Shown: in pieces, positions 53,926-63,578 of the stretch
Numbering within the stretch: the stretch's first letter is position 1
Layout: each line of letters opens with the position of its first letter
DNA from: Desulfatiglandales bacterium
GTDB taxonomy: Bacteria > Desulfobacterota > DSM-4660 > Desulfatiglandales > HGW-15
DNA length: 64,000 nucleotides
NCBI GenBank assembly: GCA_963667015.2
Contig: CAXXJJ010000004.1
Coordinates: 1,792,001 to 1,856,000 of the forward strand
Direction: 5' to 3'
Notes under the pieces: model-generated
Told to the model about the DNA's origin: nothing
Seen by the model: the letters and a program-made list of their open reading frames with translations, nothing else
Databases searched by the model: none
Made by a program: the position numbers and the translations under genes

Positions 53926-54888
53926 ATGCGAAAATTAAGTATCATGCTGGCAACAACTTTAATGCTGGCCTTAAATCTATCCAATGCCATTGCAGGTGAA
54001 TGCGACCGTGAGTGTCTGATAAAGCTGGCAGACGACTATCTTTCTGCACTGGTATCCCATAACCCTGAAAATGTGCCGCTTGCAGATAATGTCAGGACAG
54101 TGGAAAACGCCAATCCAATAAAACCGGGGGAAGGCCTATGGAAAACAGCAACTGCCGGCCCCACTGAATTCAAAATTATAGTTCCTGATATCGTGTCACA
54201 GCAGGTAGGGGGCATGGTTATTATGGAATCCGAAGGGAAACCTGCACAGTTCGGATTCCGGTTAAAACTTTCCAATGGCAATATTGTGGAAGCGGAACAC
54301 CTTGTCTCGTTATTACGCGGTACGGAAATCCCGGAAACACTTCAGAAAGTCAGACCTGCCATACCCATGGAAATACCTTATGAATACGCAGATTCGCGCG
54401 GTAGACTTATCTACATGGCCGGATCATACTACGATGCAGTAGAACTTAACAATGGTTATCTGGCACCATTTGCAGATGACTGTGAACGCATTGAAAACGG
54501 ATACCGGACCGCGCCATCAGGCGGACCGCTGGGTGGAGTGGGCATACCCGGAGCATCAAAACGTCCGGTTGGGCTGCTGGGCATGGTTACATGCACGAGT
54601 CAGATCAATATGCAGACTTTTGAGTATATAAATGAGGTTGTCAACAGAAGGGTTTTAATAGCCGATACAATGACCGGCCTTGCAATCGGTTTTTCTGATT
54701 TCCGTCATAAAATGGATAAAAAGAAATTCAGATTGATCGGTGATCCGGGCAGAGAATATGTAGAAAGAAACTTTGACCCCTTTGACACACTGGCAATGCA
54801 TATATTCAAAATCTGGGGAGGAGAAATACATCAGATTGAAACGATTGGAGTCATGGCTCCATTCAATACGCCGGGTGGATGGGATTAG
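53926..54888 (+). CDS. Exported hypothetical protein (CDRECL-type; paralog of the previous gene)
   Basis: Signal peptide, CDRECL...YL.AL, EN...GEGLW, C.R.ENG and FKI.GG.I..IE...GW. Confidence 0.75.
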   Translation: MRKLSIMLATTLMLALNLSNAIAGECDRECLIKLADDYLSALVSHNPENVPLADNVRTVENANPIKPGEGLWKTATAGPTEFKIIVPDIVSQQVGGMVIMESEGKPAQFGFRLKLSNGNIVEAEHLVSLLRGTEIPETLQKVRPAIPMEIPYEYADSRGRLIYMAGSYYDAVELNNGYLAPFADDCERIENGYRTAPSGGPLGGVGIPGASKRPVGLLGMVTCTSQINMQTFEYINEVVNRRVLIADTMTGLAIGFSDFRHKMDKKKFRLIGDPGREYVERNFDPFDTLAMHIFKIWGGEIHQIETIGVMAPFNTPGGWD

Positions 54889-55013
54889 CCAAACCGCTCA
54901 ATCAGGAGGTTGATTCAGAAAGATACTGTAAACCGGAAAGCTTTGATGCTATGGTCAACCTGTGCATACAACAATGAATAATGAAGAATCACCCTGTTTT
55001 GTAAAATCAGGCA

Positions 55014-55260
55014 GAGACAGGTTTTAAACCCAATGTTGTTGATTTAAGAAACTTGTTTCCCAAAAGCATCTCTGGATGCGATATGTTAATAGGCTCTCAG
55101 GAACAAATAATATTCTAAGCTCTGTAGGAGCGATACATTCCAACTATGTCGCCCCTATGGGGCTATTTATTTTTGTACTATTGTGACTATTAACATAACA
55201 CCGCGATGCGGCTAAAAACTAAACCCTAAGTCAACAAGTATTGGGTTTTAAACCTGTCTC
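55014..55260. mobile_element. MITE-like element with ~35-bp terminal inverted repeats
   Basis: GAGACAGGTTTTAAACCCAATGTTGTTGATTTAAG vs reverse complement of the right end GAGACAGGTTTAAAACCCAATACTTGTTGACTTAG. Internal GTAGGAGCGA...TCGCCCCTAT hairpin, no ORF. Confidence 0.65.
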
Positions 55261-55388
55261 AAAGATATTCCGAAATTTTATTACTTGTTAAAATATTTGC
55301 AGCCTATCAGAGATAGGTAAATCCAACCACGCATTCATTCCCTCGCATGAGGGAATCCATTTTTTGATTTTCTTCTCAATGCAAACAA

Positions 55389-55420
55389 GAGCTATTAGGA
55401 GATCTGCCCCCTTTACTTCA
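55389..55420 (+). repeat. Direct repeat, left copy (flanks the TA-like module)
   Basis: GAGCTATTAGGAGATCTGCCCCCTTTACTTCA, matching 56643-56675 with 4 mismatches and 1 indel. Confidence 0.65.
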
Positions 55421-55450
55421 ATGTGTAAAGCGGGATGTTATTCGATTGTC

Positions 55451-55551
55451 AAGTTACCATACAAAATATGATTATCTGCATATTGTATGGTAACTTATTC
55501 TTGACAATTGTTACCATACAACTTACCATATTTTTAAGTTTGTATGGTAAC
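55451..55551 (+). promoter_or_regulatory. Promoter with arrayed GTTACCATACAA operator boxes
   Basis: Boxes at 55451-64 (+), 55483-96 (-), 55510-21 (+), partial 55522-30, and 55540-51 (-). TTGACA(55501)-N17-TACCAT(55524). Confidence 0.8.
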
Positions 55552-55562
55552 AGGAGTTTATT

Positions 55563-55880
55563 ATGGCTATTAAGGGTGTATTAAAAGAAGAATTGGATAA
55601 TTCCATAAGGATGAAAGAAAGCTATGAAAAGGAATTGGCAAAACTTCCAGTTGGGAGTCTTGTCCAAAAAAAGATTAAGGGCCATGTTTATTATTATGTA
55701 GTGCTTAGAGAAAATGGGGATGTAAAATTCAACTATCAGGGCAAGAATGTACCGGATGAAATAAAAGAAAAATATGCAAGGGCAAAAGAATTAAGAAAAA
55801 AATACCGAAACAATATTTCCCAAATAAAAAAACAGATAAAATTTTTAAAAGGTGCATTACGTGGACAGGAGTCAATCTGA
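55563..55880 (+). CDS. Small basic protein, putative antitoxin/DNA-binding regulator
   Basis: RBS AGGAG, Lys-rich, LP.GSL..KKIKG..YYY...R.. motif. Overlaps the downstream NTase gene. Confidence 0.7.
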   Translation: MAIKGVLKEELDNSIRMKESYEKELAKLPVGSLVQKKIKGHVYYYVVLRENGDVKFNYQGKNVPDEIKEKYARAKELRKKYRNNISQIKKQIKFLKGALRGQESI

Positions 55881-56544
55881 ATTATTTCTGGAAATCCTGA
55901 GGCGTCTTGATAAGACAGATATTCTATCAAAGATCATCCTTATCGGCAGCTGGTGCCTACCGTTATACAGGCATTATTATTCTATAGAAAGCAACCTGAC
56001 AACACTGAGAACCAGGGACATTGACTTCCTTGTCTCAAGAAAAGAGAAGATTAAAGAAAAAATTGATTTGCCAAAACTACTTGAGGATCTTGGATTTATC
56101 GAGGATTATAAGTTTCCGCAAGGACATGTAAGACTTGTGCACCCTGAATTGATAATGGAGTTCCTGGTTGAGGAAAGAGGCAGAGGTTCTGAAAAGCCTT
56201 ATCCATTGCCCTTTTTATCGATGAACGCTCAGAAAATTAGATTGCTGGGAATGTTGGAAGAAAATACAGTGACAGTTGTTTTCAATGGTATAGAAGTAAG
56301 ACTGCCTCATCCTGTCAATTATGGATTCCATAAACTTATAATTTCATCAAGAAGAAGAAATGAAGATAAAAAGCAAAAAGACATAGATACTGGATTGAGT
56401 GTATTAAATATGTGTCTGGAAAATGAGGAGGAAAATATATTAGTTGAAGTATATAAACATATCCCCAAAAAACAGAAAAAGAGTATAAGTAATGTAATAA
56501 ATGATGAAAAAGAATACGACCTTTTAAAAATGTTGGATAAATGA
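55861..56544 (+). CDS. Nucleotidyltransferase-fold protein (GSU2403/AbiEii-like)
   Basis: LIGSW, LRTRDIDF, P.P..Y..HKL.IS.RR and K..KD motifs. GTG start at 55852 or 55861. Confidence 0.8.
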   Translation: MDRSQSELFLEILRRLDKTDILSKIILIGSWCLPLYRHYYSIESNLTTLRTRDIDFLVSRKEKIKEKIDLPKLLEDLGFIEDYKFPQGHVRLVHPELIMEFLVEERGRGSEKPYPLPFLSMNAQKIRLLGMLEENTVTVVFNGIEVRLPHPVNYGFHKLIISSRRRNEDKKQKDIDTGLSVLNMCLENEEENILVEVYKHIPKKQKKSISNVINDEKEYDLLKMLDK

Positions 56545-56642
56545 TTCAAATCTCCATTTAGCTCATTTTGTTAATTTTATCTTCAATATTCTATCAGTTT
56601 ACAGCTGTTTTTTAACCTTGCCCACTATTTTTTTAGGTTCAT

Positions 56643-56675
56643 GAGCTGATAGAAGATCTGCCTCCTTTACATTCA
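56643..56675 (+). repeat. Direct repeat, right copy
   Basis: GAGCTGATAGAAGATCTGCCTCCTTTACATTCA. Confidence 0.65.
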
Positions 56676-56773
56676 GCCTGTCTTTCATCCTGTCATTTCG
56701 AAGTGAAACTGAGAAATCCGTCTCTTCGCATTCCCTAACAGCCTTCAGACTAAAAAACTTCCCTGGCCCGGCA

Positions 56774-56960
56774 AAGCCTCGGCGACGACGGCAGCCTGGT
56801 TTTTCCCCTGACCTCTGACTTCCGGTTTCCGATCTCTGTTTTTTTTGCTTCCCCTAACAGTCTTCAGCCTTCAGTCTAACAGCCTGGTAATAAATCTTGA
56901 ATTTATTACAAAAAAGTCCTAAGAATAAAACATATCTTTTCGGATATAATGATTTACTGC
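56774..56960 (+). repeat. ~185-bp repeat, left copy (inverted relative to 63746-63931)
   Basis: Shared blocks GGCGACGACGGCAGCCTG, GACCTCTGACTTC, CAGCCTGGTAATAAATCTTGAATTTATTACAAAAAAGTCCTAA and TATCTTTTCGGATATAATGA. Confidence 0.9.
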
Positions 56961-57165
56961 ATCTTGTCCGCCTCAGGCGGATTAAAGTCTTTCAAAATAA
57001 ATTATTGCTAGTTTTAAAATAAAAACCATTATCCTGTTTTAACAAGAGGGGAAAATATTATTTGATTATTTAAGGACTTCCCCTGGATTCGCACCTATTG
57101 GCTAATGAAAAGTTTTATTTGAGATTTAAGCAAAATCTTATGTGTTTTGAAATAAAGGATAGCTT

Positions 57166-59097
57166 ATGAAAAAGTGGCCTTATCCGGTTCATTACGGGAA
57201 AGAAAATGAAATAGAAACGGATGTTCTCTTTATAGGGGGAGGGATAGCCGGTTCCCATGGCGCTATCAGTGCAGCGAAAAAAGGCGCCAGGGTTGCAGTC
57301 GTTGATAAGGGACCGGTCATAAGGAGCGGTCTTGGCGGGGCGGGTGTCGACCACTGGCACCTTGCCTGCACGAATCCGGCGTCAAATATCACGCCGGATG
57401 AAATCATGGAATATGTGTCGGGTTTCGGGGATTACGGATACCTTGAGTTCGGAAACGGCATTTCGGCCTACATCACTGCAAGAGAGAGTTATGATGCGCT
57501 TCTTGATATCGAAAAAATGGGCGTGAAAGTAAGAGATGTCGATAATGAGTTCGTGGGCGCACCCTTCAGAGACGAAAAAACAAAGCTGATGTTTGCCTAC
57601 GACTATGACAGCAGATATACCATCCGGGTTCAGGCCGCAAAGGTAAAGCCGGCATTGTACAACGAAATGAAGCGGCTTGGCGTTCAAATTTTTGACCGTA
57701 TTACAATGACGAGCCTGTTAACCGAAAACGGCAGCCAGGGAGGCAGGGTTATCGGTGCGACGGGCGTTCACAGGCGCACGGGAGAATTTTTTATTTTCAA
57801 GACAAAAGCCGTCGTCATGTCTGTGGCCCGGCCCCATGATATCTGGATTTTTGATACCGAACTGAAGGGTTCCGGGAATATGAACGAACCCAATAACACC
57901 TGCGAGGGCCTCGATATGATGTGGCGGGCCGGAGTGGAGCTGACGATGATGGAGTCCAGCAGCACCCATCTGCAGACCGGAGGATTCGGATGTATTCCCT
58001 ATTCGACAGGAAACTCCCACAACACCTGGTTTGCGTGCACACTCGTTGATGCCGATGGTAAAGAAATCCCCTGGGTGGACCGGAATGGAAAAGTACTTGA
58101 GACAGTTGAAGAGAGGTATCACGCGGCACCGGGACAGAGGACGTTTATTTATGACGGTCCAAAACTGATCCCTGATCTTCCCGAAAGGATTGCCAGGGGA
58201 GAGTTTAAATTGCCCCTGTATGCCGATCTTCCCTCGATGCCTGAGCATGAAAGAAAAGCCATATGGGGACTCATGGTGGGAAATGAGGGGAAAACGCTCG
58301 TACCCGTATTTCACACATTTCAGAATGCCGGATTTGACCCCGATAAAGACATGCTTCAGGCGACATTGCAGCCGCCGGATTACTACACCTGGGGATCGTG
58401 GTGGAAAGGATACGGCCCCCGGCAGTACAGGGCGCTTAGCGGGGGAGGTCCATTATTCGACTGGGATCTCAAAACCAGCCTTGAAGGTCTCTACGCGGCC
58501 GGATCGACACTCGCATGGGGGGGAAGCCATGCGACTTCGGCATGTACCGGACGGTATGCCGGAAGAAATGCTGCCGTGTATGCCTTGCAGGCAGGGAACT
58601 GTCCTGTTGACAGGAACCAGATCAATACGGAAAAAGAGAGGGTATACGCCCCGATAAGACGTCAAAAAGGCCTGGGATGGAAGGAATTGAAATCAGGCCT
58701 TGCCAGAATCATGCAGGACTATTGCGGTGAAGTGAAAAATGAAGAAACGCTTAAACTTGGATTGAACTGGATAGACAGTATCAGAGAAAGTGAACTCAAC
58801 ATGGCGTATGCGAGAAATCCCCACGAGCTGGGAAGGAGCATCGAGTTCATGGCAGGTGTCAGTTTGAGCGAGGCGATCATTCATGCCTGCCTTAATAGAA
58901 AGGCAAGCAGTCCCCGTTTGGGTATGAACAGGACAGACTACCCTGATATAGATCCTCCCGAATGGAACAAGTACCTCACCATTAAACAGGAGGGGGGAGA
59001 AATAAGGACGGGCGAAGCGGCATTTCAATACTGGCTGCTGCCGCCATATGCTGCCGATTATGACAAAAATTATCAGACCCACAACAACCTGGATTGA
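57166..59097 (+). CDS. FAD flavoprotein, AprA-like (paralog of 35052-36983)
   Basis: WPYPV.Y.KENEIETDVL.IGGGIAG, G.DHW, WDLKT.L.GLYAAG and R.DYP.IDPPEW shared with the first copy. Confidence 0.85.
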   Translation: MKKWPYPVHYGKENEIETDVLFIGGGIAGSHGAISAAKKGARVAVVDKGPVIRSGLGGAGVDHWHLACTNPASNITPDEIMEYVSGFGDYGYLEFGNGISAYITARESYDALLDIEKMGVKVRDVDNEFVGAPFRDEKTKLMFAYDYDSRYTIRVQAAKVKPALYNEMKRLGVQIFDRITMTSLLTENGSQGGRVIGATGVHRRTGEFFIFKTKAVVMSVARPHDIWIFDTELKGSGNMNEPNNTCEGLDMMWRAGVELTMMESSSTHLQTGGFGCIPYSTGNSHNTWFACTLVDADGKEIPWVDRNGKVLETVEERYHAAPGQRTFIYDGPKLIPDLPERIARGEFKLPLYADLPSMPEHERKAIWGLMVGNEGKTLVPVFHTFQNAGFDPDKDMLQATLQPPDYYTWGSWWKGYGPRQYRALSGGGPLFDWDLKTSLEGLYAAGSTLAWGGSHATSACTGRYAGRNAAVYALQAGNCPVDRNQINTEKERVYAPIRRQKGLGWKELKSGLARIMQDYCGEVKNEETLKLGLNWIDSIRESELNMAYARNPHELGRSIEFMAGVSLSEAIIHACLNRKASSPRLGMNRTDYPDIDPPEWNKYLTIKQEGGEIRTGEAAFQYWLLPPYAADYDKNYQTHNNLD

Positions 59098-59117
59098 TTT
59101 GGAGGGAGAAAAAAATA

Positions 59118-59456
59118 ATGGAAAACCAGGCTTATTTAACAACCAATCCGATGATGCCCAACCAGTGTGTGGATATAAATCCTGAGATTTGTATCGGGTG
59201 CAATTCATGTGTTGATGTATGCCGCTCGGATTTACTGGTTACCAATCATGAAAAGGGGAAACCGCCTTATGTCATGTATCCCGATGAATGCTGGTTTTGC
59301 GGATGCTGTGTTGAGCACTGTCCGGTAGAGGGAGCGATTACCATGGTTTTCCCACTAAACCAGCGTGTGGGGTGGAAGAGAAAGGAGACAGGAGAGTATT
59401 TCAGGCTCGGGATGAAGAATCCGCCGCCGCCCAATAAAAAGCCGCCTATCGGCTGA
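59118..59456 (+). CDS. 2x[4Fe-4S] ferredoxin, AprB-like
   Basis: CIGCNSCVDVC and PDECWFCGCCVEHCP. ATG 59118 after GGAGG. Confidence 0.9.
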   Translation: MENQAYLTTNPMMPNQCVDINPEICIGCNSCVDVCRSDLLVTNHEKGKPPYVMYPDECWFCGCCVEHCPVEGAITMVFPLNQRVGWKRKETGEYFRLGMKNPPPPNKKPPIG

Positions 59457-59501
59457 GATAGGATTTTTAACAGCAAAATAGTAAAAAGAAACAGTGGTAG
59501 C

Positions 59502-59556
59502 GGGACGCTGTTTAATAATTCAATGAAACTATTCGCAGATTATTAAACAGCGTACC
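59502..59556. repeat. Small palindromic intergenic element, copy B
   Basis: Perfect 15-bp IR ACGCTGTTTAATAAT (59505-19) / ATTATTAAACAGCGT (59539-53). Confidence 0.6.
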
Positions 59557-59604
59557 GGTCAATGGTCACGAATGGATTTCTAACATACTTGGAGTTTATT
59601 CCAC

Positions 59605-62600
59605 TTGAAAGAAGGACAAGAAACGATTGATCTTGAAAAAATGCAAGCATTCTTTGCTGAAAGAGCACGGTGGGCTTCCTTGTCAGTCACGATAGAGGAA
59701 ATAGCTCATGATAATAAAGCATTAGTCAAAGAACTGTCTCGGTATGATTCTCAAATAGCTATCCCACTTATATCTAGCCTGCTGACAATCCCAGAATATC
59801 AAACTAATTGTATTAGGTTGGAAGTGCTTCTTGCCTTGGTAGTTACATATTGTAATGGCAAGAAAAAACCTGAAAATAAAGACATTGGTCGTTGGTTCTA
59901 CAAGATTGGCAAATCAAAAAGTTCGATCGGAGAAGATCCAGCTGAAGATGTTTTTGTATCTTTAGTTCAAGGAGAAAATGGAGACTACAGGATATTAGAG
60001 GGAGTATGGGAGGCTGCAGGATTTTATACTCAAATCGTTTTAGATGTTGTATTAACGATGCCTAATGGAAAAGGGTTTGATTCTATAAAAAGAAGCGTCA
60101 TATCGATGCTGAAAATTTCAGATGAATTATGTAGAAAATCAAAACTAAGACGATATCAATTAGGCTCTGACGAGATACATGATACTATTTCAATTGGAAA
60201 GCTCCCTAAAAGGAGTAAATTAATATCACGTGTAAATATACCTATAAAATACTTAGATGACAGAGGAATTGAACTGCATGATTTAAAACCATTTCTATTT
60301 CATCCTTCTATGATAGAAGAGTTAACTATACAGCAAGTAGGAAATAGTTACCTTGATAAATATCCTCTCACTCTACTTTCAGATTCACAACTAACCGTCT
60401 TATTGCCGACTGCTATTTCAGTTGGGATACGTGAGTTCATTATAAATACAATGGTTGAATATGGATTGACCGATTCTTTTGATAAAGTGCTAGCACAAAA
60501 ATATTCAAATCTATTTTTTAAAACACCTCTGTTAGGAGGACCATTACATGCCCCAGCATACCGGAAAAATAAAGATAGATATCATACTAGTAGTTTTGGT
60601 TTTAAAGTAGATGAAGGGTACTATATTTCTTTTCACTTATTTCTCCCGTCAATAGTGCAACACGGGAGTACAGGTTTTAAAGATCCTATTGTAGATGATG
60701 GTGATCTTACAAAAGAGTTGCAGGAATCGATAAATAATTCGGTAGATCATTTTTCAAAAGAAGAAGGTTTTAAAGAAGGGTTAGTTGTCTTAGTCGGATG
60801 TGGGTGGGGTAAAGGATATGCAACGAATACCATAGAATTTGAATACCCAAACTGGAGATTTGAACATATTTCAGCTGCTGATTTAATTCGAATTAGCTGG
60901 ATTGGTAAAATGAATCCTAGCTACTTTTGGAGGATAGAGGATGGATTAACTGCAATTGAGAATCATGGTGTAACTATTGAAAATATTAATGGTATTTTAA
61001 ACTTGATTGGTTGGGTTCGTGAAAATAATGGACATTTTGTTCCCCACACTCAATTGTTAGAAGGCAAAATCACCAGTGAACACCCCTTAATGATTCAGAT
61101 TCCTACCAATCTACTAAGAAACGTAAGAGCGGATTCATACAATTGCTATGATAGGCATAGCATACAAGATAATACGGGTATGTGGCATGAAGTCCAATAC
61201 GATTCAGCAGAACCTTTATTTCCAACCGATAGTTCAAAGAAAACATATGCATCAATGACGGATGTTGAAAGGAAAATACTCACATCTGTGTATGAAGGGA
61301 AATTTAATTTATGGCTTACAATAAAAGCCGAATATATAGAAGAAGCAGAAGTGGAATATCATTTATGGAAAATGGGTCATGAATGGTTGCACCGCATCGG
61401 AAGAGAATTTGATAAAAATGTAAAAAATATTAGTTCCGAGCTAACCTTTAGGGTATACGCAGAATTTAGGGATGAGACTCCTTCTCATAAACCAACAGAA
61501 AAACCGGATAAAAGCAATTTAATTTTACTCTGTGAGACTAAGGAAACTGAGGAAAAAAATGCAGGTATAGCCGTTTTTAACAAAGGCTTTTTAGATGGAT
61601 TCGCTTTTGCAGAAAATATTGCAGAACGCCTATTTGTGATGAATGTTGTTCGAGTTTTTTTGTCACTAATTGACGAAGATGATGTTAGTGGGAAAACAGA
61701 TGATTTGCTTGGAAAAATAGTAGAAAACAATGAAGCGCGAAGTTTCCATTTTTTTCGTGCGCAACATTTTATTGATTATGTACAAGATTCTCTCCCCAAA
61801 AAGTTTATAGAGATCGATGATATTAATGATGGAATTGTTAAATTGGGGCTTGGATGGAGAGCCTTAAAAAAGGATTTAGATGGTGATAATAAATTGTTTG
61901 GCCGAGAAGAATGTAATGATTTTTTAAATGAAGCTGTAGACATTCTAATCTCAGAGCTTACCGAAATGCTAAGCAAGTTTAATAGGAAAAGCACTTTATT
62001 AAAGCTAATTGCTAACAGTGAAAAAGCGGGTGCTGAAAAGGACCACTGGAAAAGGACCTCTGCTGCAGTTCTTGGGCTACATGGAAAAAATGATAAAACT
62101 ACAAGTACATATGTTAAAGAAGCCTCAAAATTTGCAGGCGCAGGGATTGCCAGTCGAGTCCTCATAGAAATGGCACTCTGTATATGCCCGCTAGATAAAG
62201 GCGAAATACTGTCAGATATCGAAATAAGTAAGTTGTTAGCAAGGGCATCGCTTGTTGTGCGTTATGGTGGATTATCTGATGCTATAAGATTTAACGCTTT
62301 ACCACCTGAACTACATATCTCAGCTTTGGGTGATATTCTATTCAAGGATGACTTTGGTGAAATTGTGGTTCAACCAATGTTGTCACAAGTCTCAGGAGAT
62401 AGTTATATTTCTGATGCTCCCAGACAGGTAAAAAACTATGATGATCCTGTTATTACTGGGTCAGCTAAAAAAAATATTGATAAGCAATTTTGGGATATAT
62501 GGATAGAGGAGATGGGATTTAATATTGATGAAGCTCGTAATATTATAGAGATATTAGAAGATCATGGTATTGATCAACGAAAAGCTATATTTGAGGTTAA

Positions 62601-63408
62601 AAGAAATGATTTTATTAAGCTAGTTTGTAAAGATGTTGTATCAACTGTTGCTGCTGAAAATTTTTTGAAACAGTTTGTACTTCGCACACGAAAACATTGG
62701 GAAAAAACTCCCAAAGGATTTACATTGGATGAAATTTATCCTTGGCGTTACGGTAGAAGATTATCATTTGCGACTAGACCAATATTGGAAATAGATACTT
62801 GTGATAATCCCACTTTAATTGTTTCTCCTGGTGCATTAAGAAAAGGCTTTACCTATTTATTTGATGGTACTTTTCGTGGACGTTTTAAACAGGCATTTTA
62901 TAAAACTGATAAAATGAAAAATGAGTGGTGGGGAAAAGCAAGTGAAGGACATAGCTTTAACGCTGAAGCTGCAAAAAAGCTTAAGGAAAAAGGTTGGAAC
63001 ATTAAAGAAAATATTGGTTTACCGGAAATATTAAACAAAAAATTGGATAAGGACTACGGTGACATTGATATATTGGCATGGAATCCAAAAAGAATTGAAG
63101 TCCTAATAATTGAATGTAAAGATTTATCATTTGCAAGAAATTACTCGGAGATTGCTGCTCTGCTATCAACGTTTCAAGGTACATCTGATAAAAAAGGAAA
63201 AGGAGACCAGTTAAAAAAACACCTCGATAGAGTATGTTTAGTAAACAGACATTTGCCAGAGGTCAAAAAATACACCCAGCTCTCAGAAATAAAAATTATT
63301 TCTTGTTTGATTTTTAGCGGTGTTGTACCAATGCAGTTTGCGAAGATAAAAGCATTAAATACATCAGTGGTAGCAACTATTGATGATTTAATTTTAATGT
63401 ATAGCTGA
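59605..63408 (+). CDS. Large AT-rich protein with a C-terminal PD-(D/E)xK nuclease domain
   Basis: 1267 aa, TTG start after GGAG. C-terminal G..F......L...GW...GDIDILAW......IIECKDL. Confidence 0.75.
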   Translation: MKEGQETIDLEKMQAFFAERARWASLSVTIEEIAHDNKALVKELSRYDSQIAIPLISSLLTIPEYQTNCIRLEVLLALVVTYCNGKKKPENKDIGRWFYKIGKSKSSIGEDPAEDVFVSLVQGENGDYRILEGVWEAAGFYTQIVLDVVLTMPNGKGFDSIKRSVISMLKISDELCRKSKLRRYQLGSDEIHDTISIGKLPKRSKLISRVNIPIKYLDDRGIELHDLKPFLFHPSMIEELTIQQVGNSYLDKYPLTLLSDSQLTVLLPTAISVGIREFIINTMVEYGLTDSFDKVLAQKYSNLFFKTPLLGGPLHAPAYRKNKDRYHTSSFGFKVDEGYYISFHLFLPSIVQHGSTGFKDPIVDDGDLTKELQESINNSVDHFSKEEGFKEGLVVLVGCGWGKGYATNTIEFEYPNWRFEHISAADLIRISWIGKMNPSYFWRIEDGLTAIENHGVTIENINGILNLIGWVRENNGHFVPHTQLLEGKITSEHPLMIQIPTNLLRNVRADSYNCYDRHSIQDNTGMWHEVQYDSAEPLFPTDSSKKTYASMTDVERKILTSVYEGKFNLWLTIKAEYIEEAEVEYHLWKMGHEWLHRIGREFDKNVKNISSELTFRVYAEFRDETPSHKPTEKPDKSNLILLCETKETEEKNAGIAVFNKGFLDGFAFAENIAERLFVMNVVRVFLSLIDEDDVSGKTDDLLGKIVENNEARSFHFFRAQHFIDYVQDSLPKKFIEIDDINDGIVKLGLGWRALKKDLDGDNKLFGREECNDFLNEAVDILISELTEMLSKFNRKSTLLKLIANSEKAGAEKDHWKRTSAAVLGLHGKNDKTTSTYVKEASKFAGAGIASRVLIEMALCICPLDKGEILSDIEISKLLARASLVVRYGGLSDAIRFNALPPELHISALGDILFKDDFGEIVVQPMLSQVSGDSYISDAPRQVKNYDDPVITGSAKKNIDKQFWDIWIEEMGFNIDEARNIIEILEDHGIDQRKAIFEVKRNDFIKLVCKDVVSTVAAENFLKQFVLRTRKHWEKTPKGFTLDEIYPWRYGRRLSFATRPILEIDTCDNPTLIVSPGALRKGFTYLFDGTFRGRFKQAFYKTDKMKNEWWGKASEGHSFNAEAAKKLKEKGWNIKENIGLPEILNKKLDKDYGDIDILAWNPKRIEVLIIECKDLSFARNYSEIAALLSTFQGTSDKKGKGDQLKKHLDRVCLVNRHLPEVKKYTQLSEIKIISCLIFSGVVPMQFAKIKALNTSVVATIDDLILMYS

Positions 63409-63578
63409 GTGGGATTACGATCGGACCAAGCAAATTCTTTGTTATATAACGCTGTTAAGTTTTAAAGTTCCTCTTTATTTAACTGATATAAGACAACAGG
63501 AACACCATTCATCTTTTACAGCTTCCAATAATAACAAGCCAAAAACAACTGGATTCCACGGTCACAAAAACAGCCTTG

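Noticed and set aside
55451..55551. Possible mini-CRISPR or iteron array
   Set aside because: The repeats are only 12-14 bp, alternate in orientation and overlap a promoter. No cas or rep gene is present.
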